Source: Flectonema sp. DT1601 (taxonomy: Eukaryota). From it: a DNA stretch of 64,000 nt. The stretch is taken from the NCBI GenBank assembly GCA_964019425.1, contig OZ025798.1:992001-1056000 (forward strand). Direction: 5' to 3'. Below, piece by piece: positions 10,975 to 25,722 of the stretch. Position numbers and translations under genes: made by a program. Within the stretch, counting starts at the first letter, position 1. Each line of letters opens with the position of its first letter. The notes under the pieces are model-generated. The model had not been told where the DNA came from and did not search any database. It worked only from the letters and a program-made list of their open reading frames with translations.

Positions 10975-13027
10975 TAATCTAAAAAAATGGAAAAAAAAAA
11001 AAAAAACAAACTTTGAAAAAAAAAAAGGAAATTTTTTTTTTTTTTTTTTTTCTCGACGGGTTTCACTTTGTCATTTTATTTTATTATACAAAGTATGCGA
11101 AAATAAGAAGTAAATGTAACACCATTCGAGAGTATTTTCTTGAAGCACGCTGCTGCCTATTTTTTTTTTTTTTTTTTTTTAAAAAAAAGGAAGTGATGCA
11201 ATTTCGCTTTTTATTGGCTGGCAGTGTTGATTTCTTAGGATTGTTTTTTTTCTATATTTTTTTTCATTATTTATCTAAAACCGACAAAGTGTATCGTACA
11301 CACAATTAAGCTGTGTTACTGAATACTCGTTATCAATTTTTTTTTTTTTTTTTTCTCTTCCAAGTATGTAAGGCAACTCGAAGGTCTGTAGTTCACTGTC
11401 AGACTTTGGTACTCACTGTGATTTCGATTTCGAAGAAAAAGAAGTTTTGTTACCACTTTGTGGTTCCTTCATCAGATTGGAAGCTTTCTGAGTTTGGGAA
11501 ATACAATTATGAAAAAAGTAAAAAAAAAAGAATGTTATCGCACCTCATCGCACCTCATTCCAAAAACGTGGGTGTTGGAATTAATACTAGACACTGCGTA
11601 AGTTGTCTATTTTTTTTCATTTACGGGTTCATAACATCATTAGTCCATACATACACATAGTTGTTACCATCTCTCTCTCTCTCTTTTCTTTTTTATTCTT
11701 CCTGGTTTCTTATATTAATTCCGAAAGTGAGTAAATAAAAATATAAAAAATTAAAAAATAAATAAATTTGATACATCACGACCTTACCTGTTTTATTATT
11801 CTGGTTCAATGTGCGGAATGTTCAGTATATTTAAAAAGGAGGTTAGTTTTTCCAATCGTTGTTTTCGATTACTTAAATCCGTAAGTCATTTTGTGATTTC
11901 CGTTTTTTCTTTTTTTTTTCTTTTTTTTGATATTGTTTCTTTGATTGCGCAGAGAGGAAAAGAAAAAAAAAGGTATATCCCCCAGTAGCCAAAATCCCCT
12001 CTCCCCCCTCATCCAAGTCCCCCCTTTTTTTTTGTTTTTTTTTAACCTTCACTGCTAAGTGTGTTTAATCTCCGTTTTAAAAAGAAAAAAAAAAAAAAAA
12101 AAAAAAAGAACCAAAATCGAATCTAAGCCGGGATGATATTTGTCGTTCCGGTTATTTTGGTTTAATCCGATTTTAGCAAAGACTTTGTTTAAAATAACGC
12201 TCTTCATTCATTGCATAAGTGAATTTTCATAGTGAGGTATATTGCTTCACACCCCCCCACACGTCATTATTTGACTCTCCACTCTCTGCAAGCTACCCCT
12301 GTAGGATGATATCGTCGTTCTTCAGTTGCGCAGCTGCAGATATAATTTTAATTACTAGGCATTTTGCTTGGTCCTTTTGTTCGTGTATCCCTTCTCCCTC
12401 CCATGGTGTTTTCACTCTCCGTAAGTTACATTGGACAATCTTGTTTATTGTGCAGCTTTGGATTACTGAGCATTCTATAAGAATGCTTCATCGATTGGGA
12501 GGGAGTGCTGATGGGGAAAATTTCTTTCTTTTTCAGTTTTGAGACAATTCTAATATTCTGAAGTCTAGAACTTATGTTTATTTATTTATTTATTTTTAAG
12601 CCTCAAAAAAGATATTCGGTGAAGGCAAAAGACGATTTTTCTTTTTGTAAGGGTGCAATTATTTTTATGGGTTTTTTCAAACGATCCGTTCTGTGTCGCA
12701 GATATTTTGCGATTTCATACTCGTAGATTGGAAGAATAAATCTCAGCACCGTTTGTCTTTGTCAGTTTACCAAGTCTTAAGAAAGGAACGACACAGTCTC
12801 AGACTCAAACTGATAACTTCTACTTCTGTAGTTGCTGTGCTTCCTGACATTATTTATCATTTTTCTTTTTTTTTTCAATTAAGCCTCCCATCCCAGTTCT
12901 TTAACAAGAGGGAATGGAAAAGCCTTCGTTCTCATCTAGGAGACTTGTGATGTGCCTATTGCGTTACAGGCTGATGCGCACGACTCTTGGAGAAGGAGTT
13001 ATAGCGAGGGTGTTAAATTTCCTTCTC

Positions 13028-13060
<33 letters not shown>

Positions 13061-15364
13061 AATGCAATAAAGCCACTGGCAAAAGCAGATTTTTTTTTTA
13101 TTTTCCAAGCAACTTAAATTTATTTATATTTTTTTATATTGTAAGCACTTCTCAGTTGCAGCGGTTAGACAGTCACAGAGGCGCAAAAGGAAAAATTAAT
13201 CCTCAGACCTAATAAACTATGTGCGTGTGTGATACCTGACTTATATAAGACATCATTATTTATCCTACATACCTAACCATGACGTAACTTGAGATGAGAA
13301 TGCCGACATTTCTATCAACAGAAGCAAAAATCCTTCTCCTTGAAAAAAAAAAAAAAAACCAAAAAAAAAATTTCAACCAACTTAATTTTCTTTTTTCTTC
13401 TTTTTTTTTTATTCTTGACCAGCTATTGCTTGTTTAATCAGCTACGCCTTTATTTAATCATGGCTAGCGGTGGAGTATGTTTATTAGAGAGGATTACAAG
13501 TGCTAAAGATTGCACAGTTGTTTATTACCGAAACATATCATGCTGGTGAAGAAAATACATTAAAATTACTGAAATTCTTTTTTTTTCTTTTTCTTTTTTT
13601 TTTTCCCCACAGAATGTTTTTGTTGTTATTTTTATCATTATTTTCTGTGCTGTAGATGCGCTCAAGACACCTGTTGTCTGAGCATAAACCCGACACTCAG
13701 AGGAAGTCTTTTTGCTCATTTTTGTAGACTGCCTGAGAGTCACACTGGTGGTGTTAGGAAGAATCATGAAATACTTCGGAGGAAAAAAAAAAAAAAAAAA
13801 AAAAAAAACAACTGTAGAAAACTCCCGTGGTAGATTAAGCAACGGCTCTTTTTACGAGCGGGTACTTATGCTTTCCCCCCTTGGTACTCTTTCACATAGT
13901 GATGGTCTTTCTTTGGACCTGAAACTGTCAACAGATGTTGACGGACACATCAAGCAACATAATGAATGGACAAGTAAAGATTTAAGATAACATTTTTCCC
14001 GCCATTCGAGCAACGTCTTTTTACGACTTGATTCTGTTTTTTTTTATTTACTATTTTTTTTTTTTTTTTTTTTAAATATTTCATTCTAATTATGAGGCGT
14101 ATTTCAGTCTACGCGCAGATCTTTGTAGCTTTTAAGTTTCTTACTTTTTGGGGAAAAAAAAGATTCGCTATCAAAAGCTGAAAACGTCGATTTATACGCA
14201 ACCAATCTCGTCCTTTTGTTAGTACTACAGTCTTATTCTTATTTTGGTACTGTACGCAATTTAGTTGCTTTCTAGATGTCGGATATTGAACTGTATCACG
14301 CATCACACGTAGTTTTATTAGAAGGAATACATTGCTTTTGCTCGCATTATTGAACAGCATCAATATTGCTAACCTCACACCTCCTCATTTCACATCGCAC
14401 ACCCCTATAAGTTACTGTTATCATAAAATACTAACGTTAAATTTAGTTAAATCTGATACAATACATGTATTTATGTCTTTATAAATATGCTCAAACATTT
14501 TTTTTTTTTTTTTTTTACTTCCCTTTTTAAAGGCTGAAGTTTACCCGCTACTGGGATGAGACCAATTTTTTTTTTTTTTTTTTTTTTGAAATGCGCAATC
14601 AAAAGAAATAATGAAAAAAAAAAAAAAAAAGAAAAGAAACGATGGAGAAAAAAAAAAAAAAAAAAAAAGAAAAAAAAAACCCCTTGAAATGGTGTTGTGC
14701 ACTATTTCTTGGTCAAAAAGGAATAAGAAATTTACGTAGTGACTGACTCTATAATGGTACTGTGTAGCTGACTGATTGATTCCAGTACATAGTTCGTACG
14801 TATTTTAAAATGACAACAAGAGTAACAGAGACTGCCGGTGTTCTCAGTAAATCTGGTTGATGTAACCGGTATCTGTTTTTTATTTTTGTTGTTGTGTTTT
14901 TCATTATTCTGATTTCAGGTTTTTTTTTTTGTCGGTGGTTTTTCTTTTGTGTTCCCAGATTCGCTTCAAATTAATAATTAAAAAAAAAAAAAAAGCATTC
15001 TTCGTATCGAAATGTAATTCGTAAATCGTCTTACATATCAAATCAACATCAATATCACCCCTCTAGGTGGGTTCCTTCTTTTCAGAATGTTACTTATCTT
15101 TTGTCTATTCATCAGACGCACGATACATATTACTGTTTTACGAAAGTGTGATTCTGATTTTTCGAATCACGCTTTTTACGTATTTTTACTGATTGTATGT
15201 TTCTCCCTTTTCGACTCGCTACCACTAAAGCAATCGCAACTACCCTTTATGTTTGTTTTAAAAGGGAATAGTGGTAGTAATTATAGTTGGATTAACTTTG
15301 GGGATATACATTTTTGTAAAAACCTACCATCGTATGATGGATGTAATATGAAGTATCGTGAATG

Positions 15365-15404
<40 letters not shown>

Positions 15405-18400
15405 GATTTTCTCCCTGTGCTGATTTTCTAATTAGCACTTTTTGAATTTCGGATGTGATGTACTACTACAAGCCTACGTGGATTCGCTAGATGAAATACT
15501 CGTAGAGTTGAGCCCACCTACATGACGTTCGTTCAAATCGTGTAGTGTTTTTTTTTTTTTTTTTTTTTTTTGACCCCCCCTTTTTTTTTTGTTATGATGA
15601 ATATTGCTTGTTGCTGATATTGTTTTTGAAACGAAGATTGTCTTTTATTTTATATGGACGAACTGCCCCCAATTGGAACCAGAATTGAAAACATCTTATT
15701 ATCTCTACACTTCACATCCCCAATTCAGTTTCGTATGCCTGTCCCAACTCGGACTTTGCATCACTAAGACCAGTGGTAGTGGATTGCTTGCTGAGTCGGA
15801 TGCAAATACTGTGTTGCTGTGCAGGCAATTATTGCTATTTTGTGTTACTGCTGCCCTTGCGCGCTCTTTGAGTCCCCAGCTATTGGGACACAGACGTTGA
15901 AGGAGATGCTAGCGTGCAAGGGTTTCGTATTTTGTATTTTTTTTGCTTTGTTCATTTTTCTTTATTTTCTCCCTTTTGTTCTTGCTCTGCGCTGATAACT
16001 ATTCACCCCTCCCACTTTTTTTTTTTTTTTTTCATTCCATTATTTTATTATCCCCATCTTTTGTTGTCTTTTGCTTTTTATTCCATTTACTCTGACAAAA
16101 GGCATTTATTCTTTAAGCCATGGCTAAGGTCATGGCTGCCTATTGCGGTCATGTGTGAATTGTGTTCATCCCTCTTTGATAAAAAGCAGATTTCTTTTCT
16201 TTTTTTTGCTTCATTCCCTAGAACAAACTCCCTGCGAACAACTACATAAACTTCTTTTTTTTACTCCTGCCTTAAGACGACAAAGGAAAAAAAAAAAGAA
16301 GTACAAAAATAAAAAATGAAATGAAATGAAAATGAACATTATTATTTTTTTCCCCCTTTTTTTTTTCTCTCTATATTATTCTTTCTTTAAGTTAACCATC
16401 ACGCGCTGCATCGCCTGTTGGTTGTGTCATTGCGGGTTGCTTTATTCGAAAACTGTTAGTTTCTTCTTCTTTAGTAAATGGTTACTCCCTTATAAAATGA
16501 AGACGGGGGTAGTTTATTTATTTATATTTATAAGTCGATTATCGAATCTTCCTTGTGAAGATACTCCAATCTTTTTATTCGCTAGCTCTCTGACACTTGT
16601 TTTGTTATTATTAAAAAAAAAAAGAAAAGTTATATTTGATAATCATTTTACGTTCTGGTAGTCGAACATTTTTCCAATCACTGGTCAAGCATTTTCCCCG
16701 TAGTTCGACTTCCCTCGCATGCAATTGCTGCGGGCTTATGGAGGTAATTTTTTTTAAATTGAAGAGGAATAAAATAAATATCAAAATTTTTAAAGTAATT
16801 TTTTTTTTTTTTTTTTAGTATAGTAACAAGCTCAAAGTGCTGAGAGGCAGCCCCGAGTAGACTTTCTTATTACTGCAGTAGATAACAATTTTTTTTTTTT
16901 TTTTTTTTAAAGTTTGTGAGCTCCAGTTCAGTTAAGTACCTGACCTGCGAATTTCTAAGTGCGAACTGCCATGACTATTACAATCTTTGTGAAAACTGTT
17001 ATTTGTTTTAATCAATAGCGAAAATAATGAACACTCGCAGAGTGTCTATCAATGTTCACTTATGTATACAGTCAAAATCTGGCAACTTAAAGGTAACTAC
17101 TATTCTCTTCTAGTGAATATTTAGAATCAGATACTTTTGGAAATGTTAATTCCATGTCTTCCCTAATCCCGTACTCCACGGTAGTGGTGTCGGTTCTTGT
17201 TAGTTACCCAACTATGGAGGTGGGTGTTTTAATGGCAATCACCGCATGCAAATTGGAAAAAGAAAGAAAGAAACCTTTACGAATTCCCTCTTCCCGCGAT
17301 TTCTTTTTTTGCGGATTCCCTATTACCACTCTATCTTTTTTAGGAAATGCTCAACAGAATAAAATCACTTATTAAGTTTTTTCCAGTCTGATTTTTTCCC
17401 CCCCTTCTCAGCAAGCTTTGCTTGTGTTTTATCAGCTATTGTGAATTAGCATATCACGGTGATTAATTTATTCCTTATTTATCGCTATCCTAATCTTGAG
17501 ACCCGATATTTTAACAATTGTTACTCGGGTACTTCTTCTAGATCAAGTTGTGTCGTTTTTTTATTTTATTTTTTTTTATAATCTTTTTTTTTTTTTTTGC
17601 TTCTTAAGGTTTAATCTTGGAAGCTGTCGTCGTTGTTGATTTAATAAGTTGAAAACAAAACCTTAAGGTCTACTTCGTTTCCAACCAACGCAGCTGTTTT
17701 TAGGTAAAAATACAGCGCTTGCTGTAGAGGTTGTCCTACCACATCTGCATATGTTAGTCGTTTCCACTCTTTTATTTTTATTTTTACTCTTTTACTTAAC
17801 CCTAAAAAACCAGGTAACGTAGGAAAGATAAAAGTTATTGTCCTTTTTGATTTGTAAGGGAAAAGTAGTGTGTATGACTTAAAAATGACAGGGTAAACAG
17901 CCCCTGTCCACACTAAATTTCGCACCCAATGTTAGTTGAAAACCTGCTGTTGTATGCAGAGGACGTCGTTGTAACTTTCTTTGTGAGAGTTTTGGGTGTA
18001 GAATCATATTTTCCCTTTACCAATTTGGTGATTCCTGATTTTAGGGTTAATTAAGAATATTTTTTCTTTTTTTATAAAGCACGTTTATCACTGAGTCTTT
18101 GCGGATGCAACTTTCCCAGCAAAGGTCTTCTAGCAAATCACATTCTGCTGTGAAATAATTCCAGCTTCTATTCCACCCTTATTGGCCAGTCCAAATTCCC
18201 AAGAAAGTGCTACTCAAACAGCAAAAAAAAAGATGCCTTATTCACCCTTTTAAACCGCCTTTGAGTGAGTTTTTTTTCCTCCTCTAAAAGTGCTTTGTAA
18301 AGCAGACATCCAAGGGTGAAAAGGTTTTTTTTTCTTTTTTTTCTTATCACAGGAAGACACACGTAGTGATATTATAAAATTATAGTCACTCTTGACAACT

Positions 18401-20131
18401 CTTTGTCTTGTTTATGTCCTCCATATTATTGTTTATCAGCCAAGTACAGAAATCCGAAGGTTTCGTGTTTTTGGAATTTTCTTTTAAATAGTGTTCGTAA
18501 TTTACCCCCTTTTTTTTTCTTTCAATCACTTCCCTCCGGCCCGTTTTTCCTATTGTTTCAGCTTATTACATCTCTCGCGTTTTCAAGCTGGCAGTTCCAC
18601 AACTATGTGGTGTGTGCTTTGGTGGTGACGGTACACGTACTGTTGCTTGTAGTTACAGACTGGTAGACTTAGTATTTAGCCTGCAAGTAGCAAATTCACG
18701 CTTTATACCCGCAGTGGCAATGCCTTCGGTCTCGAAGCTCACATAGAAAAAGACATAACGAAATGAACATCATAAGCGGCAATTCTTAATCATCGTTGTT
18801 GAGCATTGATGATGGTGATCAACTTTAATTAGTATGGCAATGTTTTTTTTTTCTTTCTTTTTCCTTCCTCGAAAAACTATATTATTTTGCCTTCTTTATT
18901 ACTCGATTGGTTGCAAAACCGACCTGTTCCTTACAACGATTGTTGTATTTTTTGATTTCATTATTTTCTCTCCCAACCTTACTTTTTTTCACCCAACCCA
19001 CCCACTCCGCCCTCTGTTGTTTTGCGCACAACACAAAAGCAAAAGTGTGAGAAAAAAAGCATTTCATTTGATTCTGTTGGCCGTTCTTTTTTAGCACACT
19101 GGTGTGCTTGCTTGCGATACTTTGCCTATAATTATCCTCCCAAGTGGGTGGTGTGATGTTTTCTATGTTGTTAACAGAAAATAGGATCAAGAGTAGTTAC
19201 AACCCTCTCGGATAGTTATGGGAAATCACTTGCGACAGTAGTGTCCTTCATATCACTGGAAAAAAAAAAAACTTTTGATTACTTTTAAGTCTTTTTTTTT
19301 TAATTTTTTTTTTTTTATTCTTTCCTCCCCCCACCTCTTATTTTATTACAGTTTTCCAACCCAAAACTCCAGGAGATTGGTTTGCAGACAAGCGTGCACC
19401 TTTCTGAAAAAGATTTGATACGATTTCAGAAGCTGACTTTTAAAGTAAGACAGTAAAGCGGTGTCGATAACTTACCATCCCCGAAAGTGAAAACATTTAT
19501 TGCAGTGGTCTTTGAGAATTTTATTTCTTATCTCAAGGTTGCATCAATGTTTTTTTTTTTTTAAATTTTTTTTTTGGTTTTTTTTACTTGCAAAAAAAAC
19601 TAGTCTCTACTTCAACTCGTCGTAGTTGATATTTTAGTAATGTTTTTTTTTTCCTTTTTCTTTTCGTTTCTCCTCTTATTCTTTCTTTTCAGGGTTAGAC
19701 GCTAGCAGAGCCATACTTAATCGTATTACCGTTTGTGAAGATAGACGGCGAATACCTTTTTTTTTCTTTCTCGTTTTTTCCCCCCTTCATTGTTACAATT
19801 TCTACAATGTTGTGACCACATAATTTACTAAAAAACAACAACAAAAACTAAAGTGTTGCTTTTACATATGAGAAATGGTATGGTAGTGTCAAGCTTTATC
19901 TCCGAATGGTACACTCTATTGAAATTTAAAATAATATAATGCATGTAGTCTAACTGACTTTGTATGACTCTTACTTAGCTGATCAGTATTTTCGTAGATG
20001 TGCTCATTTTTTTTATTTTTTATGTTGTTTTTTCCCTCTTTGTAAAAAAGAACGAAAAAAAAAAAAAAAAAAACTAGAACTAAAAAAAAAATTTAGGTAT
20101 TCGTCACCACCATAAAAAAAATCAGTTTTTC

Positions 20132-20162
<31 letters not shown>

Positions 20163-21528
20163 ACGGAAGTGATTTTACTTTTATTTTTTGTTAAGTTAAT
20201 GCTCTTTCGGTTAAGATTTTCATGCTTTTAAATTGATTTAAAAAGGGAAGGTACAAAATACTTCCTAAAGTAGACTCTATCGTTTGTTTGGATTGTTAAG
20301 CAGGTACTGTGTTTGATGTCTTGTGCCGTACATTATTTTCCTTGACTCGTTAGCCTCTATGAGCGATTGTTATTGCAGGCGTTTTTCGATACATTTCGAG
20401 TCAGAAAAAAAAAATTAAAAAGTACAGTTTTTTCATTGTGAAATTAGTTCGTTCTTGTTAGTAAATTAAAACCAGAAAATGATACTTTTCATCGTCGTCT
20501 CATTCGAACTAACACTTCCATTAGTAGTTTATTATAGTTGATGAAGTGTCAACCCTCTATTCGTTTCCCCTTCAGATAATTAGATCACTCTAATACTCAA
20601 TTATTAGAGTGATGTTATTCCATAGACTATTCGTTGCTGCTGCGCATGTACCGTTCAAGAACGTCGGCAGCTTGAAGTCTTGGTCACTATCAGACTTAAG
20701 TTTTTACCGATTAACGAAGTCTACGGTGTTACTTTTCCCTTTTATGTTTCTTCTTCTTGCAATTGCCTTAAAAAGCTATTTATGGACCAGTCTTTCGTGT
20801 TGTAGCGTGAACTGTGTTGGGTTTTCCTTGCTATTGTACTGTAGACTTAGTAGGGTCGGTCGCATAAACAACGAATTTCAGGAATCCATCGTTCTGTTTT
20901 TAATGGCAATCCATTTTTGGCACTTTTTTTTTTTTTTTTTTTTTCATTTTTTTTTTCAATAATCTTAGAGAGACTTTAATTTAACTTTTTTGTCTTACAT
21001 TTATTTCGACAGTTCTCGTTTTTTTTTTTTTTTTTTTTTTTCGTATAAGGTTTTCACAGACTGTTTTGTCGCCACGGTAGTGTACTACTGCCGTTTGAGA
21101 CGGAGCGAGGATATTAGGGAAGACAGTTTCTCGCAATCCACATCTGATTGTTTTGCGCTATTGTGGCGCTTCACGACAGGTTTTTCTGCAATCAGCTCAT
21201 TTAGTGCCTTCCCCCTAGTTTTTTTTCTTTCTCCTTTTCAATATTATTTTTTTTCCTCGTTTTCTTTGCCAGCCATTGCTTGCCATCTCATTACCTCATC
21301 AAAATATAGCCTCCTTCCCTTCCCCCCTGTCCTGTCTTCTCTATACTGCGTAGGGTTGTAGCAGTCCTAACTTTTGCGGGACAATGTGAATGACTTAGTA
21401 AAGTGACGTCAAGTAATTGTTTTTTTCTTCTTACAGTCTTCATTGAAATAGCGGCCAGTTCGTTTGTTTTTTACTGTTTAGAAGTGTCATTAAGATAAAC
21501 TGTTTTTGTCCTCTCTCAGTTTCAAATA

Positions 21529-24500
21529 ATGTCTAGTAAGGATCCTCACCACTGGACCAGCCTGGAGGTCGCTGCTTACCTCAGAAGTATCAACTTAGCA
21601 GAGAAATATGTCGACGTGTTTATTAGAGAAGAAATTAATGGAATTATTTTAGTAAACCTTACGAAGGAAGAACTAAAAGACGAGCCTTTCTGTTTGAGAG
21701 CGTTTGCGCCGTTGAAAACAGTACTGGGAGGAATAGATGCGTTAAAGAAAGATGTTAATATAGGGGCAGAAGTTCCTCAGTATCAGCAACCTGAACCGCA
21801 ACCGAATATATCACCGAGTCTCATGCAACTTCCACAAATGCAAATCCCTCAGGATCAAGACTTTGGGTTTCATTCTGTTAGGTCGTACCCTGATCCTGGA
21901 CCATTAAATATTCCTGTGGGACATATTTTCCCTCAGATGCCTCCACCACCTATGTTTGAGAATGGATTCAATCCAGATCTAATCCCAAAATATCAACACC
22001 TTGAAGAAGAACATGTTGATCCTCTTACAGCAATGTATGCAGGAATGGATATGGGAATCCCAATCAATCATAAACCTATTCCAATGCCAGTCCCTGAAGA
22101 GTCTCAACAAGTTGCTGCACATGACTCGTGGCCTTTAATTCCATTGTCATCTGGTGGTAGTAACGTTGCGATTCCTTCAGCTGCTATTATTTCAGAAGAA
22201 GATCAAGACGAACCAGAGCGATCACTCATTACTATTCCGCAGTCTTCGACTGACTCTACTACGAGCTTTCCGGGACCAACGATGCCTCTTCCTCTTTCAG
22301 AATTCTCGTTATCAGAAGTCCTGAGGAATGTTGGAATTGATCAAAAGAAAAAGAAAAAAGAGAAGGCTGGAGGTGTAGCAGTCGAACCAGTTGGTGAAGT
22401 GAAATCGAATCCTAAGTACGTTGAAGTTAGCGGAGGTACGGACCTGAGTGTTCCACCAACGAATTGGTTAGATGATGATGAACGAGTTCATAGACCATAT
22501 AACCCTGGTGTCGTAGAGTTACCAAGTGGTGAATTTAAAACCTCTGCGCTTACAGTTGCTCTTGCTGAAGACATTACAAGAAATGGAGGAGAAGCAGCTG
22601 AAGGAATCGATTTTATATCACCTGCTGAGAACCTCAGATCTCTGTTCACCGCTCCATACACGGATGAGAATTTCTCTCTCTCAATTCACAGAGTTGGACA
22701 GTCGCTGGTTATCGAAAGCTTTCCTGGTACTGATGAAGCAAAGAAAGCATCAGAAGAGATAATGATGTCTAAATTATTATACTATTCAATCTTAGCAGAA
22801 GATCAGAAGTCATCAGAAGCTCAAGGAGAAATGGTTGATGGCAGTGAACCAGAAATAACCAGTCCAAAGACGCCCATAATTCTCAACTCACAAGGTGCGG
22901 AATCTCAATCATTTGGTGGGGGCTCAACTTCTTCAGTGATAAATACTTTACCGGGAGCAGTTGCACCTCCATCGTTCTACAGAAACTTAAAGTGGCATTT
23001 CCAAGATTTGAAAATCTTATTGGGTTCTGATCAACTGCTAATGCAACGTGACAACGGTAGTGAAATCGCTTTGAAGCTACAAGATGCTAGTCAGTCTCTT
23101 GCTCCTATCGATGCTTTGGAATATTGGGTAGACAATGTAATGAACAATGTACCACAGGTTGCTATTTGTTATCACAAAGATGGCATTACTCAAGGATATC
23201 AATTAATTAATACTTCTGATCTTCCAAGTATTAGTAAAGAAGCATCATTTGAACCACAAATAGTTCAAGAGTACGCTGGTAACGTATTGCACTGGCTGAA
23301 AGATAATTGTACAAGGGAAGCTGGTAGTTATATTCTTGTGAGGGAACATGGGCAATTAAAACTTTTTGATCTGTCTCCAATGTATGAAGACATGGAAGCG
23401 GAGGAATCGAAGGCTGAAACTGCAATTGTCCCTTACGCCAGAGCTGTCGGACCTGCAAGAAAACACAAACGCGAACGACCATTTGCCTACCCAGTAGCTA
23501 TGCTTTGCCTTCGAATGGGTTCTAAGTTAGCTGAGAGCGGACACGCTGATTCCGCTGCTAAGGCACTCAGACTTCTCCAAAAAGCATACGACCTCCTTCC
23601 TGCAGGATCAGCGAAATTGAAATCTCAGGCGAAAGCTCACATGGCAACAGCTCATATTGTAAGCAGAGGAAGAAAGAAGGACACTAACCCGAAAAAGAAA
23701 AAGGCTACAAACCTTGAAAGCAATCCAGCTGTAGACACTGACGAAAGAGAACAGAAAATGCACGATGATGAACAGCGAGAATTGGGATATTCTCTGGCAT
23801 CAAACGAGCTTGAAGCAGCCCTACGAGAACTACGTGAAGAACAACAGGAAGATACTTCTGAAGAACAACTTCTAATAAGAGAAAGACTAACTCATTGTTA
23901 TATCGAATTAATATTCGTTACCGCTGCGTGTGATGACATTATCTCTTGTTTAGAATGGGCGAGAAAGGCTGAACTTTTAATTGAAGAGAGTCGATCTATT
24001 GAACTAAGAGGATCCTCGAGGGTACTCAAAGCTCCACCTGGGATGGAAGGATCGCCATCAAAGCAACCAGAAAGTAGTGGACTACCAGATTCTCCTCGAC
24101 TAGCTCATGCGATGATTAGACTTTTGGAGTCGTTAGGTGATCTTCATCAAAGTATATGTTGGAGATTAACTCGTAAAGATGAACAACCGTCTAATATTAT
24201 CGCTCCACTTCAAGAAGCTCTTGATCGAGTCTTACAATCTGATCACAGTAAGTCCTCACTACTGTGGAAGAACAATCCTCTCTCTGACGTCGTCGACAAG
24301 CAGTTCGATAGCGCTCTGAACTTCTATTACAGTGCTGCCAAACATGAAGCAAAAGTTAATACTGAAAAAGTAGTTCCGGGTGGAATAGAAGTCGACTACG
24401 TATCAAGAAAAGAATTAATGCAAAAATTAGGACGAACCTACAACCTATGGGCCTCAACATTAATGAGAGGTCAGATTCGATTAAGCAAAGCAAGCCAATA

Positions 24501-25722
24501 CCTCTCACAAGCACTTCATTGTTTCAGTTCGATGCCGGACGATCCAGCAGCAGATATGAACAAAGCAGCGATTACGATGAATTTGGGTAATCTGATGCAA
24601 AAACTCGCCGCTGAAGAGGCCGATAAAAAGAAAAAAGACGAAATTGTATCATCAAGAGAAGAAGGATTCGTCAACAAGGCAATTTCTTATTACACAGATG
24701 CGGTTAAGTTACTGGCAAGCCAATCGGAAAAAACAGTTCTATACAATGACGCCTTGAAGAACAGTGCGAAGGCACAGGCACAGCTTGCAATTCGATACAA
24801 ACACCATTTCAAAGAATTGGTTAGAGAACAGCCAGAGATTGATTACGAAAAGAGAACTTCTGATCTTCTTTTGTCAGCACTCAAAACCTTTTCGGTATGT
24901 ATTATATCATTTTATGTGATATCTGAAATTAATAATCACTTTATCAAACCACACACACAGAGCATCCACGATACAGCAGACGAAGCCTCTGCATATGCGC
25001 ACCTTGCACAACTTCACAGAATAACTCTTTCCTTGGACTACGAACCACCTAGTTCTGACTCTGAAGGACTAGCTAAACGTAATGAGCAACGATTTCGATT
25101 ATCTGAAATGTATTTTGGAAAAGCTAACTCATACTATTCAAACATAAGAACCGATCCGATGTTTTTAAAGCTGAGAATGGAAGTCACTCGACTACATATG
25201 GATCAGCGTATGTTAATCCTTTTCATTTAACTTGTTTGGTTCTTTTTACATTTAAAAAAAAAAAAAAAACAGTTGCTCGCTCTAACAGAAAAGAACAGTA
25301 TCTCAAAGTGGTGATCCGTACCTTGTTAGGTATGCTGCCGTTCTTGCAGGCATCGAAGGCTAAATTTAGCGAAGATGAAGTGTTCAAGAATGAATTGAGT
25401 TTGGTATGTATTTCTTATGTAGAAAAAAGAAGAAAATAGTTTAATTTCAATGAAACAAAACAAAACAAAACAAAACAAAACAAAACAGCTTCACACCCTC
25501 CTACAAGACATTCTTAAGAACTCGTTACTGATTCACTCAGAGAAGGAGAGCAATTCATCTCCTGCGAAAAACTCTCACAAGTTAACAAAGCAATCTGCTG
25601 CAAGACTAAAGCCTTTTGAAGAGGCTAAGGACTTGTATTCGAAGGCATTGCAATCAGAGACGACGTTTGATACCGTGGTTGACCTTATTGACTCAATTAG
25701 TAAATTATTTATTCGAGAATAG
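21529..25722 (+). CDS. EDRF1: EDRF1 (erythroid differentiation-related factor 1)-like protein with N-terminal SAM domain and TPR-like C-terminus, 4 exons
   Basis: Exons 21529-24894, 24961-25207, 25273-25403, 25489-25722. SAM: WTSLEVAAYL...FIREEINGIILVNLTKEELK. EDRF1 motif LEYWVDNVMNNVPQVAICYHKDGITQGYQL. Confidence 0.8.
25454..25488 (+). repeat. (AAAAC)n microsatellite forming the 3' end of an intron
   Basis: aacaaaacaaaacaaaacaaaacaaaacaaaacag. Confidence 0.9.

Noticed and set aside
10877..21361. About 25 short ORFs in the long intergenic tract
   Set aside because: Dominated by poly-Phe/poly-Lys from homopolymer runs, often non-ATG starts, no motifs
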